Shown piece after piece: positions 8,094 through 16,346 of a DNA stretch of 64,000 bases. Origin of the DNA: an uncultured delta proteobacterium (lineage in GTDB: Bacteria; Desulfobacterota; Desulfobacteria; Desulfobacterales; SpSt-501). The position numbers and the translations under genes were made by a program. The notes under the pieces are model-generated. The model searched no databases. It was given only the letters and a program-made list of their open reading frames with translations, and had not been told where the DNA came from. The DNA is taken from NCBI GenBank assembly GCA_963828345.1, contig CAWHEZ010000043.1, forward strand, positions 7,918 through 71,917. Reading direction: 5' to 3'. The number at the start of each line of letters is the position of its first letter. Position 1 is the first letter of the stretch.

Positions 8094-10772
8094 TCATCGC
8101 GTCAGCGCGCTGTAGACGGTTAGCAGCCGCCCCGGCAGCTCCTGCACGTCCGCGATCACGTGGTGGCGCGCCTTGCCGTAGAGCGCATCCAACTGGGCGT
8201 CCGCCGGCAGGTTGACCGTCAGGGCGTGAAACCGGATGTGCCGCCCCTGCAGCTCCAGCAGGGCGCGGCGCGTGTCCGCAACGGCGTGGGCCCCCTTGTA
8301 GCCGGTGTCGTTGGGAAACCCGTCGCTCAGGATGACGAGCAGCCGCACCCGCGCGGGCACGGCGTCCAGCTCCCGGCCGGCATGGCGGATGGCGGCCCCC
8401 AGGCGGGTGTTGCGCTGCGGCCGCAGCGCCCCGAAGCGGCGCTTGACCTCCGGCGAGAGGGACTCGCCGAAGCCCTTGATCCCGAAGTAATCCACCCCCA
8501 GGCGCCCCGTCCCGGAGAAGGCTGCCACGGCGAACGAATCCCCCAGCACCGTCAACGCCTCGCACAGGACGACGATCGACTCCTTCTCGACCTCCAGAAC
8601 CGATGCGTCCGATCCCGGCACCGGGTGGGCGGTCGAACGGGAAACGTCCACGAGCAGGAGCACCGCGACGTCGCGCCGGTGCTTCACGCGCTTGATGAAC
8701 ACGCGGTCGGAGGGCGCATCGCCCAGGCGGCGGTCCACGGCCGATTCGATCAGCTCCCGGTAGTCGAACTCATCCCCGTCCACCCAGCGCCGCAACCGTT
8801 CCACCCCCTCCGGCCGCATCCGCTCGAAGGCCTGCCGCGTGTGCCCGACCAGCACGCGGCGGCGGCGCAGCACGTCCGTGTAAAACTCCTCGTGCCCCGC
8901 GGACGGCGACGGGTGCACGCGCAGCCGCACGTGCTCGGGGAGGTAATCCCCGAGACGGTCGTCCCATTCCGGGTAGCGGTAGACGAGACCCGCATCGTCA
9001 CGGGCCGCATCCGGCCCGGACCCATCGGCGTCGAGCCCGCCTCCCGCCCGTGCCAGCTCGGGGATCAGCGCAGCGTCCGAACGGCAGAGCTCCTGGAGGT
9101 CGCGGGCGGTGAGACGGCCGCCGCCGTCCCTCAGCCGTCGGCGGAGCTCGGAGCGGCGAGCCCGGATGCCATGACGCGACAGCGCTTCCGCGAGACGGCC
9201 CACGGCGCGCTCCCGGGCGGCGTCGCCGGCCGCGGCCGGGTTGGGCCAGGGGCGCCAGCCGAACGGCGGGGTGAGGCCGCCCGCGCGCGGAGTGGCGCAG
9301 GACGCGCAGTACCGGGCGGCGAGACCCCCGGCCGCCTCGACCGGACTGGCCGCCGTGACCTCGCGCTCAAATGCCGCCGCGATCTCGGCCTCCGGCTCCC
9401 CGCCCGGAGCGGCGCCGAGCCCCAAGGCCACGCGGGCGAAGAGCTCCGCGAGCGGGTCCGCGGCGGCCCCCTCCCGTTCCTCCCGGAACACGGCCTGCAG
9501 GAGCGGGTACCACCGCCGCACGAGGCCGGGATACCCGTCCGCAAGGCAGAGGCGAATGCGGCCGAGCTCGAAGATGGTGAAGGCGTCCGCGGCAAACACC
9601 GGGTCCGGGAAACCGGACAGGAACCGGTCGATGTCCGGCCGCGCGGGGCCGGGCGGCACGGCCGCGCGACCGCCCCATCCGGCCGGGCAGAAGTCCAGCG
9701 CCCGCTCCAGCTCGAAATCGAAGGTGCCGAATTCGTGCAAGCTCGCCTCCAACCGCACCAGCAGGCGGTAGAGCCGCTCGTTCTCGTCCCGGCGGTCGAA
9801 GCGGTCGATCTCGTCCGGGAGGTAGATGGCGTCGCCGTCGGAGCAGACCATCCGACCGCGGCCGAGGGACGCCGCCTGGGCCGCCGGCAGCTCCGACAGC
9901 GGCCGGACGACGAGACCGAGCCCGGTGCGGGCGTGCAGGTAGCGGCGCAGGCGGTCCTGCACCTGCCCGCAGCCGACGCTCACCTGCAGGAGCCTCAGCT
10001 GGTCCCGGGCGGTTTCCGATTCGAGTGCGAGCGCCCGGGCGGCGGCGTCCGGGTGGCGGCGGTGCACCGCGAGCGCGTGCTGCACGAACTGCCGCAGCGC
10101 GTCCTCCCGCAGCAGCCGCAGGCCCTTTGCCATCCCGGCCAGGAACGGCTCGATCAGATTGCGGTCGACGCGGGCGAGATCCAGGAGTTCGCCCAGTTGG
10201 AAGTGCCGCCGCCGAGGGTCGAGCCCCAGCAGCGCCTTCGGCAGGAGCGCGGCAAAATTGCGGCATTCGGGGTAGCCGGCGTCCGACGCGAAGACCACCC
10301 GCAGCAGGTCGAGGTAGACCGCCGCCGCGGCCCGGCCGCCCTCTGCCAGCACGGGCCCCAGCGCCAGCAGCGGCTCACGCAGGGCGTAGCTGCCCTTGCG
10401 GCCCATGGCGTCCCAGGCGCAGGTGAAGCGCTCCAGGCACTCGGCATCCCCGTGCGCCAGCACCGGCGGCAGACACTCGGCCATGATGCGACCCAGGGTG
10501 GGGCCCGTCCGCAGCGCCGCCCGCACCCGCTCCGTGTAACTTCGCCGGGACTCGGGGCCTGCCGACCCCACCAGCTCGGCGCAGCCTTGGCCGACCGCGC
10601 GGCCGAATGCCATCTCCTCCCCGAGCGCCCAGAGGGCCTGCTCGACCAGCCAGGACATCTCCTCGGCGGTCGGCGGTGCCGGCAACCGCGCCAGACGCGC
10701 GGCGACCGCCGCGGCCAGCTCGGGGTCGGCGGTTTTCAGGGTCTCGATGGCGTCGGCGAGGAGGGCGTTCAT
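8094..10772 (-). CDS. CbbO/NorD-like protein with a C-terminal von Willebrand factor A domain
   Basis: The C-terminal VWA has a MIDAS-like motif (LLLVDVSRST ... ILSDGFPND). It has a long helical N-terminal region and sits immediately downstream of a CbbQ/NorQ AAA+ gene. Confidence 0.85.
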   Translation of the reverse strand: MNALLADAIETLKTADPELAAAVAARLARLPAPPTAEEMSWLVEQALWALGEEMAFGRAVGQGCAELVGSAGPESRRSYTERVRAALRTGPTLGRIMAECLPPVLAHGDAECLERFTCAWDAMGRKGSYALREPLLALGPVLAEGGRAAAAVYLDLLRVVFASDAGYPECRNFAALLPKALLGLDPRRRHFQLGELLDLARVDRNLIEPFLAGMAKGLRLLREDALRQFVQHALAVHRRHPDAAARALALESETARDQLRLLQVSVGCGQVQDRLRRYLHARTGLGLVVRPLSELPAAQAASLGRGRMVCSDGDAIYLPDEIDRFDRRDENERLYRLLVRLEASLHEFGTFDFELERALDFCPAGWGGRAAVPPGPARPDIDRFLSGFPDPVFAADAFTIFELGRIRLCLADGYPGLVRRWYPLLQAVFREEREGAAADPLAELFARVALGLGAAPGGEPEAEIAAAFEREVTAASPVEAAGGLAARYCASCATPRAGGLTPPFGWRPWPNPAAAGDAARERAVGRLAEALSRHGIRARRSELRRRLRDGGGRLTARDLQELCRSDAALIPELARAGGGLDADGSGPDAARDDAGLVYRYPEWDDRLGDYLPEHVRLRVHPSPSAGHEEFYTDVLRRRRVLVGHTRQAFERMRPEGVERLRRWVDGDEFDYRELIESAVDRRLGDAPSDRVFIKRVKHRRDVAVLLLVDVSRSTAHPVPGSDASVLEVEKESIVVLCEALTVLGDSFAVAAFSGTGRLGVDYFGIKGFGESLSPEVKRRFGALRPQRNTRLGAAIRHAGRELDAVPARVRLLVILSDGFPNDTGYKGAHAVADTRRALLELQGRHIRFHALTVNLPADAQLDALYGKARHHVIADVQELPGRLLTVYSALTR

Positions 10773-10799
10773 CGTGTGAACGGAGCCGGGTGCACCGGA

Positions 10800-10909
10800 C
10801 AGGGTTCAGGGTCCAGGGTGAAGGTTACAGGGTTCCGGGGGCAGGGTTCAGGAGGAAGTGAATGCATCGGGGCGTCTCTCTTTCCTGAACTCTGAACCTG
10901 CTGAACCCT
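10800..10909. repeat. Word-hairpin, GGGTTCA family
   Basis: The left arm is cagggttcagggtccagggtgaaggttacagggttccgggggcagggttcagg. The right arm is cctgaactctgaacctgctgaaccct (reverse-complement words). The right arm ends 6 nt from the cbbQ stop. Confidence 0.75.
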
Positions 10910-10915
10910 ATCCGT

Positions 10916-11722
10916 TTAAAACACGTCATCGATGAGCTCGCCGAGCGTCTCGATCAGCCGCTCGTCATCCGTGAGCGGCAGGCAGACGGCCGTGCGCAGG
11001 GCGTCCTTCTCCGGCACCCCCCGGCCGATCAGGCGCGCGGCGTGCACGAGCAGCCGCGTGCTCGCCCCCTCGGCCAGCCCCTGCTCGCGCAGGAGGCGGA
11101 TCTTGCCCGCGAGCGTCACGAGCTTGAGAGCGTGAGCGCGGTCGATGCCCCCCTCGTGCGCCACGATCTCGGCTTCGGCTTCCTTGGGCGGGTAGTCGAA
11201 CTCGAGCGCCACGAAGCGCTGGCGGGTGCTCTGCTTGAGGTCCTTGAGCACGGACTGGTACCCCGGGTTGTAGGAGACCACCATCATGAAGTCGGGGTGG
11301 GCGGCGAGGTGCTCGCCGGTCTTGTCGATCACCATGCGCCGGCGGCTGTCGGTGAGCGGGTGGATGACGACGGTCGTGTCCTTGCGGGCCTCGACCACTT
11401 CGTCCAGGTAGCAGATGGCGCCGGACCGAACCGCCAGGGTGAGCGGCCCGTCCATCCACACGGTCTCCTCCTGCCGCAGGAGGTAGCGCCCGACGAGGTC
11501 CGAGGCGAACAGGTCCTCGTGGCAGGCCACGGTGATCAGCGGCCGCCGCAGCCGATAGGCCATGTGCTCGACGAAACGCGTCTTGCCGCAACCGGTCGGC
11601 CCTTTCAGCAGCACCGGCAGCCGCGCCGCGCTGGCGGCTTCGAACACGGCCACCTCGCTGCCGTGCCGGATGTAATACGGTTCCTCCCGAATCTGGTAGC
11701 TTTCGAGGCCGTTCGGTCCCAT
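10916..11722 (-). CDS. CbbQ/NorQ/NirQ-family MoxR-type AAA+ ATPase
   Basis: Walker A GPTGCGKT and Walker B ICYLDEV, with the family-typical length (~268 aa) when started at the ATG at 11722. That ATG is preceded by GGGGAGG; the ORF start at 11803 is less likely. Confidence 0.9.
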   Translation of the reverse strand: MGPNGLESYQIREEPYYIRHGSEVAVFEAASAARLPVLLKGPTGCGKTRFVEHMAYRLRRPLITVACHEDLFASDLVGRYLLRQEETVWMDGPLTLAVRSGAICYLDEVVEARKDTTVVIHPLTDSRRRMVIDKTGEHLAAHPDFMMVVSYNPGYQSVLKDLKQSTRQRFVALEFDYPPKEAEAEIVAHEGGIDRAHALKLVTLAGKIRLLREQGLAEGASTRLLVHAARLIGRGVPEKDALRTAVCLPLTDDERLIETLGELIDDVF

Positions 11723-11820
11723 TGCGCCTCCCCTCGCGTAATTTGCCATACCCCCCCGGATGTAATAAACTGGTGCATTGCCGCGGGGATCCACCCGGTT
11801 CACTTATATTACGGAGCCTT

Positions 11821-12999
11821 ATGACAGACAACTCCAATAACGTTCACCGCCTGACGGTCGAGGACCGGGAGATCATCCTGGTCGGCACGGCGCATGTCTC
11901 CCGCGAGAGCACCCGCCTGGTCGAAGAGGTGATCACCGCCGAAACGCCCGACACCGTCTGCGTGGAACTCTGCAGTTCGCGCTTTCACGCGCTCCGACAG
12001 GGTGACCGCTGGCGCGACACGGACATCGTCAAGGTCATCCGGGAGAAAAAGGCCTTCCTGCTCCTGTCCAACCTGCTGCTCGCCTCCTTCCAGAAGCGCA
12101 TCGCCAAAAAGATGGATGTGACGCCCGGCGCCGAAATGCTCAAGGCGATCGAGACCGCCGACGCGATGGGGGCGGGCATCTGGCTGGCCGACCGCGACAT
12201 CCGCACCACCCTGTCCCGCGCCTGGCACTCCATGGGCTGGTGGACGCGGATCAAGCTCCTGTCGCAGCTGCTCGTGTCCATGGGCGAGGCCGACGACATC
12301 ACGGAGGAGGAGATCGAACGCATGAAACAGCAGGACGTGCTCGAGGCCCTGCTGTCCGAGGTGGGGCGCTCCATGCCCGCGCTGAAAACCATCCTGATCG
12401 ACGAGCGCGACCGCTACCTCGCGGCCAAGATCCGGCAGGCCCCGGGCCGGAAGATCGTGGCCGTCGTGGGCGCCGGCCACGTGCCCGGGATCCGCGCGAA
12501 CTGGGAGGCCGAGGTCGACCTCGCGGCCCTGGAGGCGCTGCCGCCTCCCGGGAGGCTCGGTGCGATCATGAAGTGGGGCATCCCGGCCAGCATCGTGGCC
12601 ATCTTCATCGCAGGTTTCTTCTTCGGCGGCATGGACGCCGGCACGGACATGATCGTGCTCTGGAGCGCCTGCACGGGCATCCTCGCCGGGATCGGGGCCG
12701 CCGTGGCGCTGGCGCACCCGGCCACCGTGGTGTCCTCCGTGCTGGTGGCGCCGTTCACGACCCTGCACCCCATGATCGCCGCCGGCTGGATATCGGGCCT
12801 GGTCGAGGCGTTTTCGCGCAAACCGAAGGTGAGAGACCTGGAAAGCCTGCCGACCGACATCCTGACCCTGCGCGGCTTCTGGCACAACAAGGTGACCCGC
12901 ATCCTGCTGGTGGTGGCGTTCACCAACATCGGGGCGTCCGTCGGGACCCTCGTGGCGTTCCCGATCATCGTCAAGGTCCTGATCGGGGGCTCCGGGTGA
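11821..12999 (+). CDS. TraB/GumN-family protein with C-terminal membrane domain
   Basis: N-terminal EIILVGTAHVSRES...VCVELC pattern typical of the TraB family, with C-terminal TM helices. I prefer the ATG at 11821. Confidence 0.85.
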   Translation: MTDNSNNVHRLTVEDREIILVGTAHVSRESTRLVEEVITAETPDTVCVELCSSRFHALRQGDRWRDTDIVKVIREKKAFLLLSNLLLASFQKRIAKKMDVTPGAEMLKAIETADAMGAGIWLADRDIRTTLSRAWHSMGWWTRIKLLSQLLVSMGEADDITEEEIERMKQQDVLEALLSEVGRSMPALKTILIDERDRYLAAKIRQAPGRKIVAVVGAGHVPGIRANWEAEVDLAALEALPPPGRLGAIMKWGIPASIVAIFIAGFFFGGMDAGTDMIVLWSACTGILAGIGAAVALAHPATVVSSVLVAPFTTLHPMIAAGWISGLVEAFSRKPKVRDLESLPTDILTLRGFWHNKVTRILLVVAFTNIGASVGTLVAFPIIVKVLIGGSG

Positions 13000-13005
13000 C
13001 CCGGG

Positions 13006-13812
13006 ATGCGAAGCGCTCCGGTGACGCCTGATGTCACATTCGACGGCCGTGCGCTCTCCCGCTGCGGGGCGGCGGTCGTGTGCCTGGTTCTCATCCTGAT
13101 CGCCGGCTGCGGCAAACCCGAACGCGTCCGCCGCGAATCCGAACCGCGACGGCCGGCCCCTGTCCTGCCCACGATGCGGTATGCCGTCCAGGCGGGTGCC
13201 TTCCGCAACATCGACAACGCCGTCCGCCTCACGGGCCGGCTCCTGGCCCGCAACCTCGTCGCCTACCACTTCATCGACGACTCCGGTTTCTACAAGGTGC
13301 GCATCGGCAATTTCGCCACGCGGGAGGAGGCGGTCGAGACCGCCGAGCGGCTGAAAAGCGAGCGCATCATCGACGAGTATTTCATCCTGGCGCCGGGCGA
13401 TTATGCGGTGGCCCGGGCGGAGGGCGGGACCGATGCGCTGTTCCGGCGCGAGCTCGTGCGCACGGCCGAACGGTTCGTCGGCGTGCCGTACAAGTGGGGC
13501 GGGGGCTCCACGGTGGCGGGGTTCGACTGCAGCGGGCTCACGATGGTGGTCTACCAGCTCAACGGCCTGAACCTGCCGCGGACCTCGAGCGACCAGTGGG
13601 CCGCCGGTCGCCCGGTCGACCAGCGCGAACTCGCCGAAGGGGATCTCGTCTTCTTCGCCACGCGCGGCGGCGGCAAGGTCTCCCATGTCGGGATCTACAT
13701 CGGGGGGGACAGCTTCCTGCACGCATCCGGGCAGGGGAGCCAGATTCAGGTCGCCTCCCTGTCCAGCGACTATTTCCGCACGCGGTATCTCGGCGCCCGG
13801 TCCTACCTGTGA
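13006..13812 (+). CDS. Lipoprotein with SPOR domain and C-terminal NlpC/P60 peptidoglycan endopeptidase domain
   Basis: Lipobox LILIAGC, a SPOR-like segment (YAVQAGAFRNIDNAVRL...YKVRIGNFATREEA), and an NlpC/P60 core (YKWGG...GFDCSGL...HVGIYIG..FLHAS). Confidence 0.85.
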   Translation: MRSAPVTPDVTFDGRALSRCGAAVVCLVLILIAGCGKPERVRRESEPRRPAPVLPTMRYAVQAGAFRNIDNAVRLTGRLLARNLVAYHFIDDSGFYKVRIGNFATREEAVETAERLKSERIIDEYFILAPGDYAVARAEGGTDALFRRELVRTAERFVGVPYKWGGGSTVAGFDCSGLTMVVYQLNGLNLPRTSSDQWAAGRPVDQRELAEGDLVFFATRGGGKVSHVGIYIGGDSFLHASGQGSQIQVASLSSDYFRTRYLGARSYL

Positions 13813-13818
13813 TCCAGC

Positions 13819-13910
13819 GGATCCTCGATGCTGGATTCTCGATGCTCGATTGCCGATGGAGGATCTGCCTGCCGCCCTTGTCGAGTATCCAGTATCAAGG
13901 ATCGAGCATC
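13819..13910. repeat. Word-hairpin, CTCGATG family, between convergent gene ends
   Basis: The left arm is ggatcctcgatgctggattctcgatgctcgattgccgatgg. The right arm is tcgagtatccagtatcaaggatcgagcatc; GATGCTCGAT and ATCGAGCATC are exact complements. The right arm touches the purN stop. Confidence 0.75.
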
Positions 13911-14713
13911 AGCCTTTCCCTGGCAGCACCCGCACCACCGTTCGCTCGACCGTCCTGCCTCCGGGGAGCTCATGCACAGAGCGTTCGGGCTTGAGACGCC
14001 CCTCGGCGAAAAGCCGGATGCACTCCGGGTAGAGTTCCCACTCCTGTTCCAACCCCCGGCGGCGGACGGTCTCGAGCGTGTCCTCTTCCCGGATCGGGAA
14101 GGCGCGCTGGCCGATGATCGGCCCCGAGTCCTCGCCGTAATCCACGAAGTGAACGGTGCAGCCCGCGACCTTGCAGCCGTAGCGGAAGGTGTCCCCGTAT
14201 CCGTCGGTGCCGGGGAAGGCCGGCAGCAGGGCGGGATGAATGTTCATGATGCGCGGGTGGTCCCGGTCCGGGCTCACCCGGTCGATGAAGTAGGGGGTCA
14301 GGTTGCGCATGAACCCGGCCAGCACGAGCAGGTCGCAGGCGAAGGGCTGCATGGCCGTCAGCAGATGGGATTCCGCAAGCGCCCGCCCCAGCAGGTAGGC
14401 GTTCACCCGCTCGGGGTCCGCGCTGCGCGGGAAGAGGGTCTGCTTCGCCCGGACCTCCTCCAGGGAAAAATCATCCGGGAGGGGATGGGCGCCCGGGTCG
14501 TGCCGCCACGATCCTGAGCAGCGCCCGGTAATCGACCACAAAGGTGGGTATCCCGACGGACCGGGCCCGCTCGAGCCCACGGGCCTGCGGGTTGTCCGAC
14601 CCGACGAAGACGACGTCGGCCGGAATCGCAGCGGCGGCGCTTGCGTCCAGGATGGCCTGGAGGTTCGTCCCCCCGCCGGAAATCAGGGCCCCCACTCGAA
14701 TCTTGGCCGCCAT
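13909..14713 (-). pseudogene. purN: Phosphoribosylglycinamide formyltransferase, reading frame broken by a 1-nt shift near 14500-14512
   Basis: The N-terminus MAAKIRVGALISGGGTNLQAILDA..VVFVGSDN..FVVDYR is in the frame of ORF 14471..14779. The rest (..WRHDPGAHPLPDDF..LLVLAGFMRNL..MNIHPALLPAFPG..GCTVHFV) is in the frame of ORF 13909..14580. The junction reads ..LLRIV / WRHDP.. Confidence 0.8.
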
Positions 14714-14740
14714 GCGCCCCCTCCCTATCCGGTTCCCGAG

Positions 14741-14769
14741 TTGACATCGATACGCTTTATCTCTATTAT
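14741..14769 (+). promoter_or_regulatory. Sigma-70-type promoter candidate for trxA
   Basis: TTGACA (14741-14746), a 17-nt spacer, then TATTAT (14764-14769), 34 nt upstream of the trxA ATG. Confidence 0.5.
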
Positions 14770-14802
14770 CACCAAACATTTTTGCGAGAAAGGAATTTGC
14801 CC

Positions 14803-15129
14803 ATGGCCGAGGGGATCATTGAAGTGGACGACGGGAATTTCGAGGCCGAAGTGCTCAAATCGGAGCAGCCGGTCCTGGTCGATTTCTGGGCTCCGTGGTG
14901 CGGACCCTGCAAGGCGATCGCGCCGGTCGTGGACGACCTGGCGAAAAGTTTCGGCGAGCGGGTGAAGTTTGCGAAGTGCAACGTCGACAACAGCCCCGTC
15001 ACACCCGGCAAATACGGAATCAAAGCCATCCCGACGCTGATCTTCTTCAAGGGCGGCAACGTCGTGAACCAGATCACGGGCATGGTGGCCAAGGCCAAGC
15101 TGGAGGAGGCTCTCAACAAGCTCGTCTGA
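14803..15129 (+). CDS. trxA: Thioredoxin
   Basis: 108 aa with the WCGPC active site (DFWAPWCGPCKAIAP) and a typical thioredoxin fold sequence. Confidence 0.95.
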   Translation: MAEGIIEVDDGNFEAEVLKSEQPVLVDFWAPWCGPCKAIAPVVDDLAKSFGERVKFAKCNVDNSPVTPGKYGIKAIPTLIFFKGGNVVNQITGMVAKAKLEEALNKLV

Positions 15130-15140
15130 TTCCATGTCTC

Positions 15141-15171
15141 CCGGCCGAGACCATGCGGGGTCATCGGCCGG
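15141..15171 (+). terminator. Hairpin downstream of trxA (weak terminator candidate)
   Basis: 8-bp stem CCGGCCGA / TCGGCCGG with a 15-nt loop, 12 nt after the stop. No U-tract. Confidence 0.3.
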
Positions 15172-15279
15172 AACTACACGCTACGCCGCAGCCCGCTGCT
15201 GCGGCCTCCGGCCGAATTTCCAGTGCACGTGCGGTGCAGCTCGAAGTTCGGCTTCTTTTATGGGCGGAGCGGACCACAG

Positions 15280-16053
15280 GTGAAGACGCCACGCACGAGT
15301 GCACGAATCCTCGCCATCGGGCTGGTCTTGATCGTCATGGTTTCCGGGTGCAGCGAAACCTTCGGCGACCTCAAGAAGTCGATCAGCGCCTTCATATGGG
15401 GGGCCGACGACAACATGCCGGCCGAGGAGCTGGCCATGCGCGGCATGGAGGAGTACGAGGACGGCAATTACAAGAAATCGATCGACTACTTCCAGAAGCT
15501 GAAGGACATCTACCCCTTTTCCAAGTACGCCGTGCTGGCCGAGCTGAAACTGGGGGATGCCCACTACCGGATCGAGCAATACGAGGATGCGGTTTTCGCC
15601 TACGAGGAGTTCGAGAAGCTCCACCCGCGCAACGAGGCGATCCCCTACGTCATCTACCAGATCGGCCGGTGCCACTTCGACCGCATGACGACCCCGGACC
15701 GGGACCAGACCTCCGCGCGCAAGGCCCTCGAGTCCTTTCAGCGGCTGCAGAAGCAGTACCCGAACGATCCCTACGCCCGCAGCGCCGCCGACCACATCGT
15801 TGCCTGTTACAAGAGCCTCGCCGGCCACGAGTTCGGGATCGGGCACTTCTATTTCAAGAGCCACCACTACAAGGCGGCCCTCGTGCGATTCCGGGCGGTC
15901 GTTCAGGATTATCCCGACATCGGCTTCCATCAGCCGGCGCTGGACTTCATCGCCCGTTGCGAACGCAAGATCGCCGAAGGCGAAACCGAGGCGAAGGATG
16001 CTGCGGACGCCCCCCCGGCCGTCTCGAACGAGCTGTCTCCGGACAACGGGTAG
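15280..16053 (+). CDS. bamD: Outer membrane protein assembly factor BamD (TPR lipoprotein)
   Basis: Lipobox LIVMVSGC and TPR-like repeats, with BamD-typical segments (YPFSKYAVLAELKLGDAHY, HPRNEAIPYVIYQIGRCHF, QYPNDPYARSA). A GTG at 15280 is the likely start; the ORF begins at 15223. Confidence 0.85.
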   Translation: MKTPRTSARILAIGLVLIVMVSGCSETFGDLKKSISAFIWGADDNMPAEELAMRGMEEYEDGNYKKSIDYFQKLKDIYPFSKYAVLAELKLGDAHYRIEQYEDAVFAYEEFEKLHPRNEAIPYVIYQIGRCHFDRMTTPDRDQTSARKALESFQRLQKQYPNDPYARSAADHIVACYKSLAGHEFGIGHFYFKSHHYKAALVRFRAVVQDYPDIGFHQPALDFIARCERKIAEGETEAKDAADAPPAVSNELSPDNG

Positions 16054-16076
16054 CCGCCGGATTCCTGCAAAAATTA

Positions 16077-16105
16077 TTGATCGACCCGGGCAGATAGGGT
16101 ATAAG
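16077..16105 (+). promoter_or_regulatory. Sigma-70-type promoter candidate for rpmB
   Basis: TTGATC (16077-16082), a 17-nt spacer, then TATAAG (16100-16105), followed by an A/T-rich stretch and RBS AAGGAG. Confidence 0.4.
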
Positions 16106-16146
16106 AATTTTTTTTAATTCAGCGTCAATCCAAGGAGTGTGCCGTC

Positions 16147-16338
16147 GTGTCCAAAATGTGTGAGATCTGCGGAAAACGTCCGATCGTGGGAGCCACCATC
16201 AGCCACGCCCACAACGTCAGCAAGCGCCGGTTCAATCCCAACCTGCAGCGGGTGCGGGCCGTCACCGACGGGCAGACCAGGAAAATGGTCGTGTGCACCG
16301 CCTGTCTGAAATCCGGCCGCGTGAAAAAGGCGCCCTGA
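16147..16338 (+). CDS. rpmB: 50S ribosomal protein L28
   Basis: 63 aa, (M)SKMCEICGKRPIVGATISHAHNVSKRRFNPNLQ, the canonical L28 sequence. Confidence 0.95.
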   Translation: MSKMCEICGKRPIVGATISHAHNVSKRRFNPNLQRVRAVTDGQTRKMVVCTACLKSGRVKKAP

Positions 16339-16346
16339 CCTGCGAG

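Noticed and set aside
10800-10909. The possibility that the tandem word arrays, here and at the other listed loci, are small CRISPR arrays.
   Set aside because: The repeat period is only 7-9 nt, with no unique spacers of ~30 nt and no leader. No cas genes are in the window. The paired arms are reverse complements of each other, which CRISPR repeats are not.
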